From Clostridia bacterium (GTDB lineage Bacteria > Bacillota > Clostridia > Oscillospirales > QAKW01): DNA of 64,000 nt. The notes under the pieces were generated by a model. That model saw only the letters and a list, made by a program, of their open reading frames with translations, ran no database searches and was not told where the DNA came from. Location of the stretch: the NCBI GenBank assembly GCA_017560905.1, contig JAFZEA010000023.1, positions 8,718-72,717 on the forward strand. The letters are read 5' to 3'. Of this stretch, positions 26,472 through 35,479 are shown piece after piece (the first letter of the stretch is position 1; each line of letters opens with the position of its first letter). A program made the translations under genes and the position numbers.

Positions 26472-29400
26472 ATGGCTAAGAGAACAGATATTAAAAAGAT
26501 ACTCATTATCGGCTCCGGTCCCATCGTTATCGGACAGGCGGCTGAGTTTGACTATGCCGGCACACAGGCGTGTCTGGCACTCAAGGAAGAGGGCTACGAA
26601 GTTGTACTTTGCAACTCCAACCCTGCGACCATTATGACGGATACCACCATTGCGGATAAGGTATATATGGAGCCGCTGACTCTTGAATATATCGCTAAAA
26701 TTCTGCGCTATGAGCGTCCGGATGCCATCGTTCCCGGTATCGGTGGACAGACAGGCCTTAACCTTGCAATGCAGTTGGAGAAAAAAGGCGTACTCAAGGA
26801 GTGCGGTGTAGAGTTGCTGGGTACTTCCTCCGAAAGCATTGAGCGCGCTGAGGACAGAGAACTCTTCAAGGAACTCTGCGAGTCCATCGGTGAGCCCACC
26901 ATCCCCTCAGAGATCACCTATTCTCTGGAGGAAGCCAAGGCAGCTGCCGCTCGAATCGGCTATCCCGTTGTTCTCCGTCCCGCATTCACGTTGGGCGGTA
27001 CCGGCGGCGGTTTTGCTTACAATGAGGAGGAACTCATTGAGGTAGGTCTTAACGCCTTTAAACTCTCTCCCGTTCATCAGGTACTCATCGAAAAGAGTGT
27101 TAAAGGTTACAAGGAGATCGAGTTTGAGGTTATGCGTGATTCGAGCGATCACGCCATCACCATCTGCGGTATGGAAAACATCGACCCTGTAGGCGTTCAC
27201 ACCGGTGACTCACTGGTTGTAGCACCTATTATGACGCTTTCCAAAGAAGACGAAAAGATGCTCAACGACAGTGCTATCAAACTGATCAAGGAGCTTAAGA
27301 TCGAGGGCGGATGTAACGTACAGTTTGCGCTCAACCCCAACAGCAGTGAGTATTATCTCATCGAGGTCAACCCTCGTGTTTCCCGTTCTTCCGCACTGGC
27401 CAGTAAGGCTTCGGGTTATCCCATTGCCCGTGTTACCGCCAAGATCGCAGTAGGTATGGAGCTGGAGGATATTTCGATCGCCAACACCACCGCGGCTTTT
27501 GAGCCTGCGCTTGACTACGTCATCGCCAAGCTGCCGCGCTTCCCCTTTGATAAGTTTGCTTCCGCTCCCAACACTCTGGGCACACAGATGAAAGCAACCG
27601 GTGAGGTCATGGGTATCGGTTCTTCGCTGGAGGAGTGTCTGCTGAAGAGCGTTCGTTCTCTGGAGATCGGCGCCTGCCATTTCCACTTGCCCAAGTTTGA
27701 CGGTAAAAGCATAGAAGAACTCAAAGAGTATATCAAAGAGTTTAAGGATGATAATATCTTTGCCGTGGCAGAGCTGATGCGTCAGGGCGTATCCATTGAG
27801 GAACTCTTTTCCATCACGCAGATCACGCCCTATTTCCTGGAGAGCATCCGGAAGATCGTGGATATGGAAACTGCGGTTAAAGCTGCCGCAGGCGACCTTG
27901 CCGTACTGCGCACCGCCAAGGAGATGGGCTTTAGCGATAAGTTTATTGCCAAGCTGTGGAATTGTACGGAGCTCGAGGTTTACAATCTCAGAAAAGAAAA
28001 CCGTATGTTCCCCATTTATCGTATGGTGGACACCTGCCATACCGGTGCCTATATTCCGTATTTCTATTCCTCCTATCAAGGAGAAAACGCTTCCCGTCTT
28101 ACGGATAAAAAGAAGGTCGTCGTACTGGGTGCCGGCCCCATCCGTATCGGTCAGGGTGTAGAGTTTGACTATTCTACCGTACACGCTGTCACCACCATTA
28201 AAAATTCAGGCTATGAGGCCATTATTATCAACAATAACCCCGAAACCGTTTCCACCGACTACACCACGGCAGATAAGCTGTATTTTGAGCCGCTGACCGC
28301 CGAGGATGTTATGAATATCATCGAGTTTGAAAAGCCTGAGGGCGTTATCGCTTCTTTGGGCGGACAGACTGCGATCAACCTTGCTGAGCCTCTGATGCAG
28401 AGAGGCGTCAAGATCATCGGTACCGACTGTGCCGCCATTGAGCGCGCGGAAAACCGTGATTCTTTTGAAAAGATCTTGGAAGAACTCAACATTCCTCAGC
28501 CCAAGGGTAAGGCCGTGACCAAGATCGAGGACGGTATTGCCGCCGCTGCTGAGATCGGCTATCCCGTATTGGTCCGTCCCTCTTTCGTGTTGGGCGGCAG
28601 AGCTATGCAGATCGTAGCAGGTGAGGAGCAGCTGCGCCAGTACCTCAAGACTGCGGTTGAGATCGACGAGGACAAGCCTGTATTGGTTGATAAATATATT
28701 CAGGGTAAAGAGGTCGAGGTCGACGCTATTTGTGACGGTCAGGACGTATTTGTTCCGGGTATTATGGAACTGGTTGAGCGTACCGGTATTCACTCGGGCG
28801 ACTCTATCAGCGTATATCCCACCTTCTCTATTTCCGACAAGGTCAAGGGCATCATTCTGCAGTACGCCAAAAAGCTGGGACTCGGCATCGGTATCGTTGG
28901 TCTTTACAACATTCAGTTTATCGTAGATGAGAACGATAACGTATTTATCATCGAGGTCAACCCCCGTTCTTCCCGTACCGTACCCTTCTTGTCCAAGGCT
29001 ACGGGATATTCTCTGGCTGACATTGCCACCGAAGTCATCCTGGGCAGAAGCCTTAAGGAACAAGGCATTTTTGGAATTTATCCCGATGAAAAAGAGAGAT
29101 ATTACGTCAAAGTTCCCGTATTCTCTTTCAATAAGATCAAGGGTCTGGACGCCTATCTGTCCCCCGAGATGAAGTCCACGGGTGAGGCCATCGGTTACGA
29201 TGACAAGCTCAATCGCGCTCTGTTCAAGGCATTGCAGGCCAGCGGTATGCACCTGCAGAACTACGGTACCGTGTTTGCCACCATCGCCGATAAGGACAAG
29301 GAAGAGGCACTGCCTCTCATCCGCCGCTTCTATAACCTCGGTTTTAACATTCAGGCTACCGAGGGTACGGCGGCATTCCTTAAGGAAAACGGCATCCGCA

Positions 29401-29645
29401 CCCACGTTCTCAAAAAGATCAATGAGGACAATGATGAGTTGCCCGATGCATTGCGTCAGGGACATATTGCTTACGTTATCAACACCCGTGATATCGCTTC
29501 CGTAGGACAGGCTTCCGACGGTTATCAGATCCGCCGTATCGCTACCGAGAACAACGTGACCATCTTCACGGCTCTCGATACCGTAAAGGTGCTTCTGGAT
29601 GTTCTGGAGGAAACCACACTGACCATCTCTACCATTGATGCATAG
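26472..29645 (+). CDS. carB: carbamoyl-phosphate synthase large subunit
   Basis: 1057 aa with duplicated ATP-grasp halves. The N-terminus is [26 protein letters not shown]. Confidence 0.97.
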   Translation: MAKRTDIKKILIIGSGPIVIGQAAEFDYAGTQACLALKEEGYEVVLCNSNPATIMTDTTIADKVYMEPLTLEYIAKILRYERPDAIVPGIGGQTGLNLAMQLEKKGVLKECGVELLGTSSESIERAEDRELFKELCESIGEPTIPSEITYSLEEAKAAAARIGYPVVLRPAFTLGGTGGGFAYNEEELIEVGLNAFKLSPVHQVLIEKSVKGYKEIEFEVMRDSSDHAITICGMENIDPVGVHTGDSLVVAPIMTLSKEDEKMLNDSAIKLIKELKIEGGCNVQFALNPNSSEYYLIEVNPRVSRSSALASKASGYPIARVTAKIAVGMELEDISIANTTAAFEPALDYVIAKLPRFPFDKFASAPNTLGTQMKATGEVMGIGSSLEECLLKSVRSLEIGACHFHLPKFDGKSIEELKEYIKEFKDDNIFAVAELMRQGVSIEELFSITQITPYFLESIRKIVDMETAVKAAAGDLAVLRTAKEMGFSDKFIAKLWNCTELEVYNLRKENRMFPIYRMVDTCHTGAYIPYFYSSYQGENASRLTDKKKVVVLGAGPIRIGQGVEFDYSTVHAVTTIKNSGYEAIIINNNPETVSTDYTTADKLYFEPLTAEDVMNIIEFEKPEGVIASLGGQTAINLAEPLMQRGVKIIGTDCAAIERAENRDSFEKILEELNIPQPKGKAVTKIEDGIAAAAEIGYPVLVRPSFVLGGRAMQIVAGEEQLRQYLKTAVEIDEDKPVLVDKYIQGKEVEVDAICDGQDVFVPGIMELVERTGIHSGDSISVYPTFSISDKVKGIILQYAKKLGLGIGIVGLYNIQFIVDENDNVFIIEVNPRSSRTVPFLSKATGYSLADIATEVILGRSLKEQGIFGIYPDEKERYYVKVPVFSFNKIKGLDAYLSPEMKSTGEAIGYDDKLNRALFKALQASGMHLQNYGTVFATIADKDKEEALPLIRRFYNLGFNIQATEGTAAFLKENGIRTHVLKKINEDNDELPDALRQGHIAYVINTRDIASVGQASDGYQIRRIATENNVTIFTALDTVKVLLDVLEETTLTISTIDA

Positions 29646-29655
29646 AGGCCTTGCC

Positions 29656-30387
29656 ATGAAACAAACGATTTTTACCATAATTGAAAATAAAGCTCTCACC
29701 GACAGTGTCTATCAGATGACACTGTCGGGAGATACCGAGGGCATCGCCTGCGGACAGTTTGTCAATATCAAGCTGGACGGTCTGTTTTTGCGCCGTCCCA
29801 TTTCGGTGTGTGACTGCACCGAGGGAACGCTGACCTTGGTCTATAAGGTAGTGGGCAAGGGCACCGAACAGATGAGCCGTATGAAAGAGGGCAGTCTTGA
29901 CGTATTGACGGGGCTGGGCAACGGATATGATACCTCGATTTCCGGTGAGCAAGTGCTGTGCCTTGGCGGTGGCGTAGGTGTGCCGCCTCTCTATATGCTG
30001 ACCAAAAAACTGATCTCTGAGGGCAAAAAGGTTACGGTTATCTTGGGCTTTAATACCAAAAACGAAGTTTTTTATGAACAAGAATTTCGGGCATTGGGCG
30101 CCGAAGTGACCGTCACCACTGCTGACGGCAGTTATGGCACGAAGGGCTTTGTCACCGATGCTTTGAAGTGTGTGGATTATACATACTTTTATACCTGTGG
30201 CCCCGAGCCTATGTTAAAGGCTGTATACGGTGCTACCAATACCGGCGGCCAGTTCTCTTTTGAGGAGAGAATGGGTTGCGGGTTTGGCGCCTGTATGGGT
30301 TGCTCCTGCAAAACGATAACCGGTTATAAGCGGATCTGCAAAGAAGGTCCCGTACTGCAAAAGGAGGAGATCTTATGGGCAGACTGA
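29656..30387 (+). CDS. pyrK: dihydroorotate dehydrogenase (type 1B) electron-transfer subunit
   Basis: FAD/NAD-binding fold plus the C-terminal 2Fe-2S Cys cluster CGFGACMGCSC...C. ATG 29656 is preferred. Confidence 0.9.
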   Translation: MKQTIFTIIENKALTDSVYQMTLSGDTEGIACGQFVNIKLDGLFLRRPISVCDCTEGTLTLVYKVVGKGTEQMSRMKEGSLDVLTGLGNGYDTSISGEQVLCLGGGVGVPPLYMLTKKLISEGKKVTVILGFNTKNEVFYEQEFRALGAEVTVTTADGSYGTKGFVTDALKCVDYTYFYTCGPEPMLKAVYGATNTGGQFSFEERMGCGFGACMGCSCKTITGYKRICKEGPVLQKEEILWAD

Positions 30388-31286
30388 GTGTAAATCTCTG
30401 CGGCGTGGAGATGGATAACCCCATCATTCCCGCCAGTGGTACTTTTGGCTACGGCTACGAATTTGCCGAGCTGTACGACATTAATATTTTGGGTTCATTT
30501 TCCTTCAAGGGCACGACAAAGGATGCCCGTTTCGGCAACCCCACACCCCGTATTGCTGAGTGTCCTATGGGTATGATCAATGCGGTGGGACTGCAAAATC
30601 CCGGCGTGGAAAAGGTGCTCTCCCAAGAGCTTCCCAAAATGCGCAAAGTTTTTCATAAACCTGTGATGGCCAATGTCAGCGGTTTTTCGGTGGAGGACTA
30701 TGCCTACACCGTGGAGCGTCTTGACGGTGAAAGTGATATCGGTTGGTTTGAGGTTAACGTCAGTTGCCCCAACGTACACGGCGGCGGAATGAGCTTTGGC
30801 ACCTCTCCCGAGGCAGCGGCTGAAGTCACGAGAGCCGTTCGCAAAGTTACCGATAAACCTGTCCTTATCAAGCTCAGCCCCAACGTAACGGATATTGTAT
30901 CCATCGCCAAGGCTTGCGAGGTGGCGGGTGCAGACGGTATCAGCCTGATCAATACCCTGCTGGGTATGCGCATTGATCTTAAGACCAAAAAGCCTGTGAT
31001 CGCCAACAAGATGGGCGGTTTTTCGGGTAGCGCTATTTTCCCCGTGGCGGTACGTATGGTCTATCAGGTGGCCGGCGCTGTCAACATTCCTGTTGTGGGT
31101 ATGGGTGGCGTGAGCTGCGCAGAAGATGTTATCGAAATGATGCTGGCAGGTGCTACCGCTGTTGAGGTGGGAGCTGCCAATCTGACCGATCCTTTTATCT
31201 GCAAAAAAATCATTGATGAGCTTCCTGCCGTAATGGACAAATACGGCATTGGTGAGTTAAAAGAAATTATAGGAGGAGCTAAGTAA
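30375..31286 (+). CDS. pyrD: dihydroorotate dehydrogenase B catalytic subunit
   Basis: NPIIPASGTFGYG and VSCPNV motifs. It overlaps the pyrK end. Confidence 0.95.
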   Translation: MGRLSVNLCGVEMDNPIIPASGTFGYGYEFAELYDINILGSFSFKGTTKDARFGNPTPRIAECPMGMINAVGLQNPGVEKVLSQELPKMRKVFHKPVMANVSGFSVEDYAYTVERLDGESDIGWFEVNVSCPNVHGGGMSFGTSPEAAAEVTRAVRKVTDKPVLIKLSPNVTDIVSIAKACEVAGADGISLINTLLGMRIDLKTKKPVIANKMGGFSGSAIFPVAVRMVYQVAGAVNIPVVGMGGVSCAEDVIEMMLAGATAVEVGAANLTDPFICKKIIDELPAVMDKYGIGELKEIIGGAK

Positions 31287-31987
31287 TGGGAAAAGATGTT
31301 ATCGTTGCCTGCGATTTTGCAAGTGCTGAGCAGGTGTTTACTTTTTTGGATAAATTTGAGGGAGGCAGAAAGCCTTTTGTCAAGATCGGTATGGAGTTGT
31401 TTTATGCCGAGGGCCCCTCTATCGTAAGAGAGATCAAAAAGAGAGGACACAAGATCTTCCTCGATCTCAAACTGCATGATATTCCCAACACTGTTAATAA
31501 GTCTATGAACGTGCTGTCCCGTCTGGACGTAGATATGACCAATCTGCATGCGGCAGGCACCGTTCGTATGATGGAGGCCGCCATTGAGGGACTGACCCGT
31601 CCCGACGGTACCCGCCCGATGCTGATCGCCGTTACACAGCTGACCAGCACCGATCAAGAGAGTATGGAAAATGACCTGTTGATCAAAGAACCCATCGACA
31701 AGGTCGTAATGCATTATGCCGCTAACGCCAAAAAAGCGGGACTGGACGGTGTGGTCTGTTCTCCCCTGGAGGCAGGCAAGGTGCACGACACTTGTGGTGC
31801 CGGCTTTGTTACCGTGACCCCCGGTGTGCGCTTTGCTGACGGTGATATCGGCGACCAGAAGCGTGTAATGACTCCCGCCGAAGCCAAGAAGATCGGCTCG
31901 GATTATATTGTAGTGGGACGTCCCATTACCGCCGCTGAGGATCCCGTGGCCGCCTACAACCGCTGTGTTGCCGAATTCTGCGACTAA
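31286..31987 (+). CDS. pyrF: orotidine 5'-phosphate decarboxylase
   Basis: FVKIGMELF, DLKLHDIPNT and VVGRPI motifs. Confidence 0.95.
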   Translation: MGKDVIVACDFASAEQVFTFLDKFEGGRKPFVKIGMELFYAEGPSIVREIKKRGHKIFLDLKLHDIPNTVNKSMNVLSRLDVDMTNLHAAGTVRMMEAAIEGLTRPDGTRPMLIAVTQLTSTDQESMENDLLIKEPIDKVVMHYAANAKKAGLDGVVCSPLEAGKVHDTCGAGFVTVTPGVRFADGDIGDQKRVMTPAEAKKIGSDYIVVGRPITAAEDPVAAYNRCVAEFCD

Positions 31988-32270
31988 GCCCACCGAGTGG
32001 GCACTCAAACTTGGACGGCGACCTACTACCGTACGGCCACCGAAAGAGTGCTAACCTGTAGTAACTGGCCGCAGAAACGAGACCAATACTTGTTGTGTGG
32101 CTCAACCCGCTCACTTTTTTGTATAGAGCATCAGAGCGTTAGCGGTTGATGCTTGGCGGACATACCGTTGAGATGGAGGCGTAAGCCGACAGCGAAAACT
32201 CCCCCGACCGACACGGCGGCAAAATCAAACAAGCTGTTATTTTTGCTTGTTTGATTTTGCCTAAAGAAAA
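31988..32270. repeat. Hairpin-rich non-coding spacer inside the pyr operon sharing motifs with other intergenic regions
   Basis: gcccac/gtgggc hairpin (31990-32004). ctaccgtac (32026-34) is also at 4437-45. gtaagccgacagcgaaaact (32181-200) resembles gtacgccgacgaaaact at 20142-58. A perfect 16-bp stem, gcaaaatcaaacaagc / gcttgtttgattttgc, lies at about 32219-32260. Confidence 0.6.
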
Positions 32271-32301
32271 GAATAATATGAAGATTAGGAGATATATAAC
32301 C

Positions 32302-32940
32302 ATGGAAAAATTGATTGCTAAAGATTTGCTGAGCATTAAGGCGGTATTTTTCCGCCCCGAGGAGCCCTTTACCTGGGCCAGCGGTATCAAAAGTCCCGTA
32401 TATTGCGACAACCGTCTTACTCTGACCGCACCCAAGGTGCGCACCGATGTAGAAGAGGGACTGGCAAAAACTATCAAAGAACATTATCCGGAAGCCGAGG
32501 TACTGATGGGTACTTCTACTGCCGGTATTGCTCACGCCGCCATTACCGCTCATATTATGGGCCTTCCCATGGGCTACGTGCGCTCGGGCGCTAAGGATCA
32601 CGGCAGACAGAACCAGATCGAGGGCAAGTTGGAAGCAGGACAGAAGGTCGTTGTTGTGGAGGATCTGATCTCCACCGGCGGCAGTGTGCTGGAGGTTGTT
32701 GAGGTACTGCGCGAGGCAGGTGCCGAGGTACTGGGTATCGTATCCATCTTTACCTATGGTATGCAAAAGGGCATCGACCGTATGGCCGCTGCCAACGTTA
32801 AAAACGTATCTCTGACCAACTTTGATGTTATTGCAGAGGTTGCTGCCGAAGAGGGCTACATTCAGCCTGCCGATGTGGCACGTCTGATCAAATTCCGCAA
32901 TAATCCTTCTGACGAGAGTTGGATTGCTGAGGGCAAGTAA
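32302..32940 (+). CDS. pyrE: orotate phosphoribosyltransferase
   Basis: [16 protein letters not shown] and the PRPP motif [16 protein letters not shown] 32302 follows aggag. Confidence 0.93.
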   Translation: MEKLIAKDLLSIKAVFFRPEEPFTWASGIKSPVYCDNRLTLTAPKVRTDVEEGLAKTIKEHYPEAEVLMGTSTAGIAHAAITAHIMGLPMGYVRSGAKDHGRQNQIEGKLEAGQKVVVVEDLISTGGSVLEVVEVLREAGAEVLGIVSIFTYGMQKGIDRMAAANVKNVSLTNFDVIAEVAAEEGYIQPADVARLIKFRNNPSDESWIAEGK

Positions 32941-34014
32941 ATGAAAAGTCTTATTGACGTTCTGGATTTCAGTGTAGAGGAACTGGACAGTCTGCTTACT
33001 ACGGCTTGTGATATCATTGAAAACCCCGCCAAATACAGCGAGTGCTGTAAGCATAAAAAACTGGCCACTCTGTTTTTTGAACCCTCCACCCGTACCCGTC
33101 TGAGCTTTGAGGCGGCGATGTTGGAGCTGGGCGGTAGTGTCATCGGTTTTTCCGATGGCAGCAATTCCTCTGCCTCCAAGGGCGAAAGTGTGGCAGACAC
33201 CGCTAAGGTTATCAGCTGTTATGCGGATATTATAGCTATGCGCCATCCCAAGGAGGGCGCACCATTGGTGGCTGCGATGAACGCTACTATTCCCGTTATC
33301 AATGCGGGTGACGGCGGTCATGCCCATCCCACGCAGACGTTGGCAGACCTGCTGACCATCTACCGTGAAAAGGGAAGACTGACTGACCTCACCGTCGGTT
33401 TTTGCGGAGACCTCAAGTACGGACGCACCGTACATTCTCTGATCGCCGCACTCAGCCGATATACGGGCATTAAGGTAGTGCTGATCGCTCCCGAGGAGCT
33501 GGGACTTCCCAAATATGTAAAACAAGAGTTTATGCAGAATATGTCTTTTGTGGAAACCACCTCTCTTGAAGAGGCGCTGTCCGACCTTGACATACTCTAT
33601 ATGACCCGCGTGCAAAAAGAGCGATTTGACTGTCTTGAAACCTACGAAAGACTCAAGGACAGTTATATCTTGGACACTGCCAAAATGCAGTTGGCCAAGA
33701 GCGATATGTGTGTATTGCATCCCTTGCCTCGCGTCAATGAGATCGCAGTGGCCATAGACAATGACCCCCGTGCTTGCTACTTTAAGCAAGTGGCCAACGG
33801 CAAGTATATGCGTATGGCACTCATTTTGAAACTGCTCAGTGAGGATGCGCCGATCAGCGAAATTCCGGGAGTTAAGCAGGAGGGTCTGGTTTGTACCAAT
33901 CCTCGTTGCATTACCTCGATCGAGCAGGAGCCGGAGCACCGTTTCCGTCTGGAGGACGCCAAAAAGGGAATATGCCGCTGTGTATACTGCGAAGCGGAAT
34001 ACAAAGCACTGTAA
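32941..34014 (+). CDS. pyrB: aspartate carbamoyltransferase catalytic chain with a C-terminal PyrI-type zinc domain
   Basis: FFEPSTRTR and HPLPR motifs. The extra C-terminal 43 aa or so, [40 protein letters not shown] (C-x4-C...C-x2-C), resembles the Zn domain of the ATCase regulatory chain. Confidence 0.88.
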   Translation: MKSLIDVLDFSVEELDSLLTTACDIIENPAKYSECCKHKKLATLFFEPSTRTRLSFEAAMLELGGSVIGFSDGSNSSASKGESVADTAKVISCYADIIAMRHPKEGAPLVAAMNATIPVINAGDGGHAHPTQTLADLLTIYREKGRLTDLTVGFCGDLKYGRTVHSLIAALSRYTGIKVVLIAPEELGLPKYVKQEFMQNMSFVETTSLEEALSDLDILYMTRVQKERFDCLETYERLKDSYILDTAKMQLAKSDMCVLHPLPRVNEIAVAIDNDPRACYFKQVANGKYMRMALILKLLSEDAPISEIPGVKQEGLVCTNPRCITSIEQEPEHRFRLEDAKKGICRCVYCEAEYKAL

Positions 34015-34066
34015 ATTTCCCTAAAAAAAGATAGTAATTCACAACTTTTTTTGACATCGGTGTGCC

Positions 34067-34096
34067 TTGACATATATTATAATATTATGTTATACT
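34067..34096 (+). promoter_or_regulatory. sigma-A promoter for the pur operon
   Basis: TTGACA (34067-72), an 18-nt spacer, then TATACT (34091-96). An alternative TTGACA lies at 34051-56. Confidence 0.6.
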
Positions 34097-34112
34097 TTAA
34101 GGGTATTAATAA

Positions 34113-34195
34113 TGCCTTTTGCGACTGACGGAAGTGGAGCACCACAAAGGAACAAAAGGTATGCAAACACCCTTTTGCCGACCGTCTGGGCACAT
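34113..34195 (+). promoter_or_regulatory. ZTP (pfl-motif) riboswitch aptamer
   Basis: gccuuuuGCGACUGACGGAAGUGGAGCACCACAAAGGAACaaaaggu, a linker, then GCCGACCGUCUGGGCAC. This matches the remembered conserved cores GACUG(G/A)CGGAA..GUGGA..CCAC and CCGaCCGcCUGGGCA. P1 pairs ccuuuu with aaaagg. Confidence 0.8.
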
Positions 34196-34237
34196 TTAAC
34201 TACTGATTTGTGGTTAGGTGTGCCCTTTTGTGTTTTT
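34188..34237 (+). terminator. Riboswitch expression-platform terminator
   Basis: gggcaca (34188-94, shared with the aptamer 3' core) pairs with tgtgccc (about 34219-25), followed by ttttgtgtttttt. Confidence 0.7.
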
Positions 34238-34261
34238 TGAACGATTAAGGAGGTTTCAAGC

Positions 34262-34744
34262 GTGAAAAAAGTCGGAATCATTATGGGCAGTGACAGTGAT
34301 CTGCCGGTAGTGGAAAAGGCCACTGCCATACTTAAAGAATTAAATATTCCCTATGAAGCGCACATTTATTCCGCGCACCGTACTCCCGTAGAAGCGAGAG
34401 ATTTTACGGTAAAAGCAAGAGAGAATGACTTTGGTGTTCTGCTTTGCTTTGCGGGTATGGCTGCCCATCTGGCAGGTGCGGTTGCCGCAGGTACCACACT
34501 TCCCGTGATCGGCGTGCCCTGTAAGGGCGGTGCTATGGACGGATTGGATGCACTGCTGTCCACCGTTATGATGCCTTCGGGTATTCCCGTGGCCACGGTT
34601 GCCATCGGCGGCGGAGCCAACGCCGCATTACTCGCTGCACAGATCATCGCGGTGGAGGATAAAGAACTGGCGAACAAGCTGAACGCCAAACGTGCTGCAG
34701 ATGCCGCTAAGGTTCTAACCAAAGATGCGGCGCTGAATATATAG
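34262..34744 (+). CDS. purE: 5-(carboxyamino)imidazole ribonucleotide mutase (PurE)
   Basis: GSDSDLPV, SAHRTP and GMAAHLAG motifs. GTG start after aaggagg. Confidence 0.93.
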   Translation: MKKVGIIMGSDSDLPVVEKATAILKELNIPYEAHIYSAHRTPVEARDFTVKARENDFGVLLCFAGMAAHLAGAVAAGTTLPVIGVPCKGGAMDGLDALLSTVMMPSGIPVATVAIGGGANAALLAAQIIAVEDKELANKLNAKRAADAAKVLTKDAALNI

Positions 34745-34785
34745 TTTATAAATTAACATTTACATAACGAAAAGGAGAAAAAATT

Positions 34786-35469
34786 ATGAAACTTGTTTAC
34801 ACCGGAAAAACCAAAGATGTATTTGCATTGGATAACGGAAATTATCTCTTGAAATTCAAAGACGATTGCACCGGCAAGGATGGCGTGTTCGATCCCGGTG
34901 AAAATAGCGTAGGTCTTACCATTGAGGGTGTGGGCGACGTTAATCTGCGTATGTCCATCTATTTCTTTGAAAAGGTCAATGCTGCCGGCATCAAGACTCA
35001 CTATGTAAGCGCTTCTCTTGAAGACACTACCATGGAAGTTCTGCCCGGTAAAGTATTCGGTAAGGGTCTGGAAGTTATCTGCCGTCACAAGGCTGTAGGT
35101 TCTTTCTATCGCCGCTACAGTGATTACATCGAAGAGGGCGCTGATCTGCCCGCATACGTTGAGATGACCTTCAAAAACGATGAGAAGGGCGATCCGCTGG
35201 TTACCAAAGACGCTCTGGTAGATCTGGGCGTTATGACCGCCGAGCAGTATGACGATATGAAAGAGATGACTCAGAAGATCACCCAGATCGTTGCTGACGA
35301 TCTTAAGGACAAGGGTCTGGTTCTCTACGATATCAAATTCGAGTTTGGTTACGATGCCGACGGCAAGGTAATGCTGATCGACGAGATCGCTTCCGGCAAC
35401 ATGCGCGTTTATAAGAACGGAGAGTACATCGATCCTATGACTCTCTCTGAGTTGTTTTTTGCTGAATAA
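34786..35469 (+). CDS. purC: phosphoribosylaminoimidazole-succinocarboxamide synthase
   Basis: [10 protein letters not shown]-terminus and SAICAR synthase length. Confidence 0.92.
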   Translation: MKLVYTGKTKDVFALDNGNYLLKFKDDCTGKDGVFDPGENSVGLTIEGVGDVNLRMSIYFFEKVNAAGIKTHYVSASLEDTTMEVLPGKVFGKGLEVICRHKAVGSFYRRYSDYIEEGADLPAYVEMTFKNDEKGDPLVTKDALVDLGVMTAEQYDDMKEMTQKITQIVADDLKDKGLVLYDIKFEFGYDADGKVMLIDEIASGNMRVYKNGEYIDPMTLSELFFAE

Positions 35470-35479
35470 GGAGTAACCT

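Noticed and set aside
32140-32225. Possible ykkC-type (PRPP/guanidine) riboswitch upstream of pyrE, suggested by gACACGGCGGcaaaa
   Set aside because: Only this short block resembles the ykkC 3' core. The conserved CUAGGGUUCCG and GGUCCGAGAG elements are absent, so the call is not supportable without a CM search.
34262-34744. purE without purK, which might indicate a class II (CO2-dependent) PurE
   Set aside because: The sequence keeps the class-I-like GMAAHLAG/SAHRTP features as far as I can judge by eye. purK could be elsewhere. The class cannot be decided from motif inspection alone.
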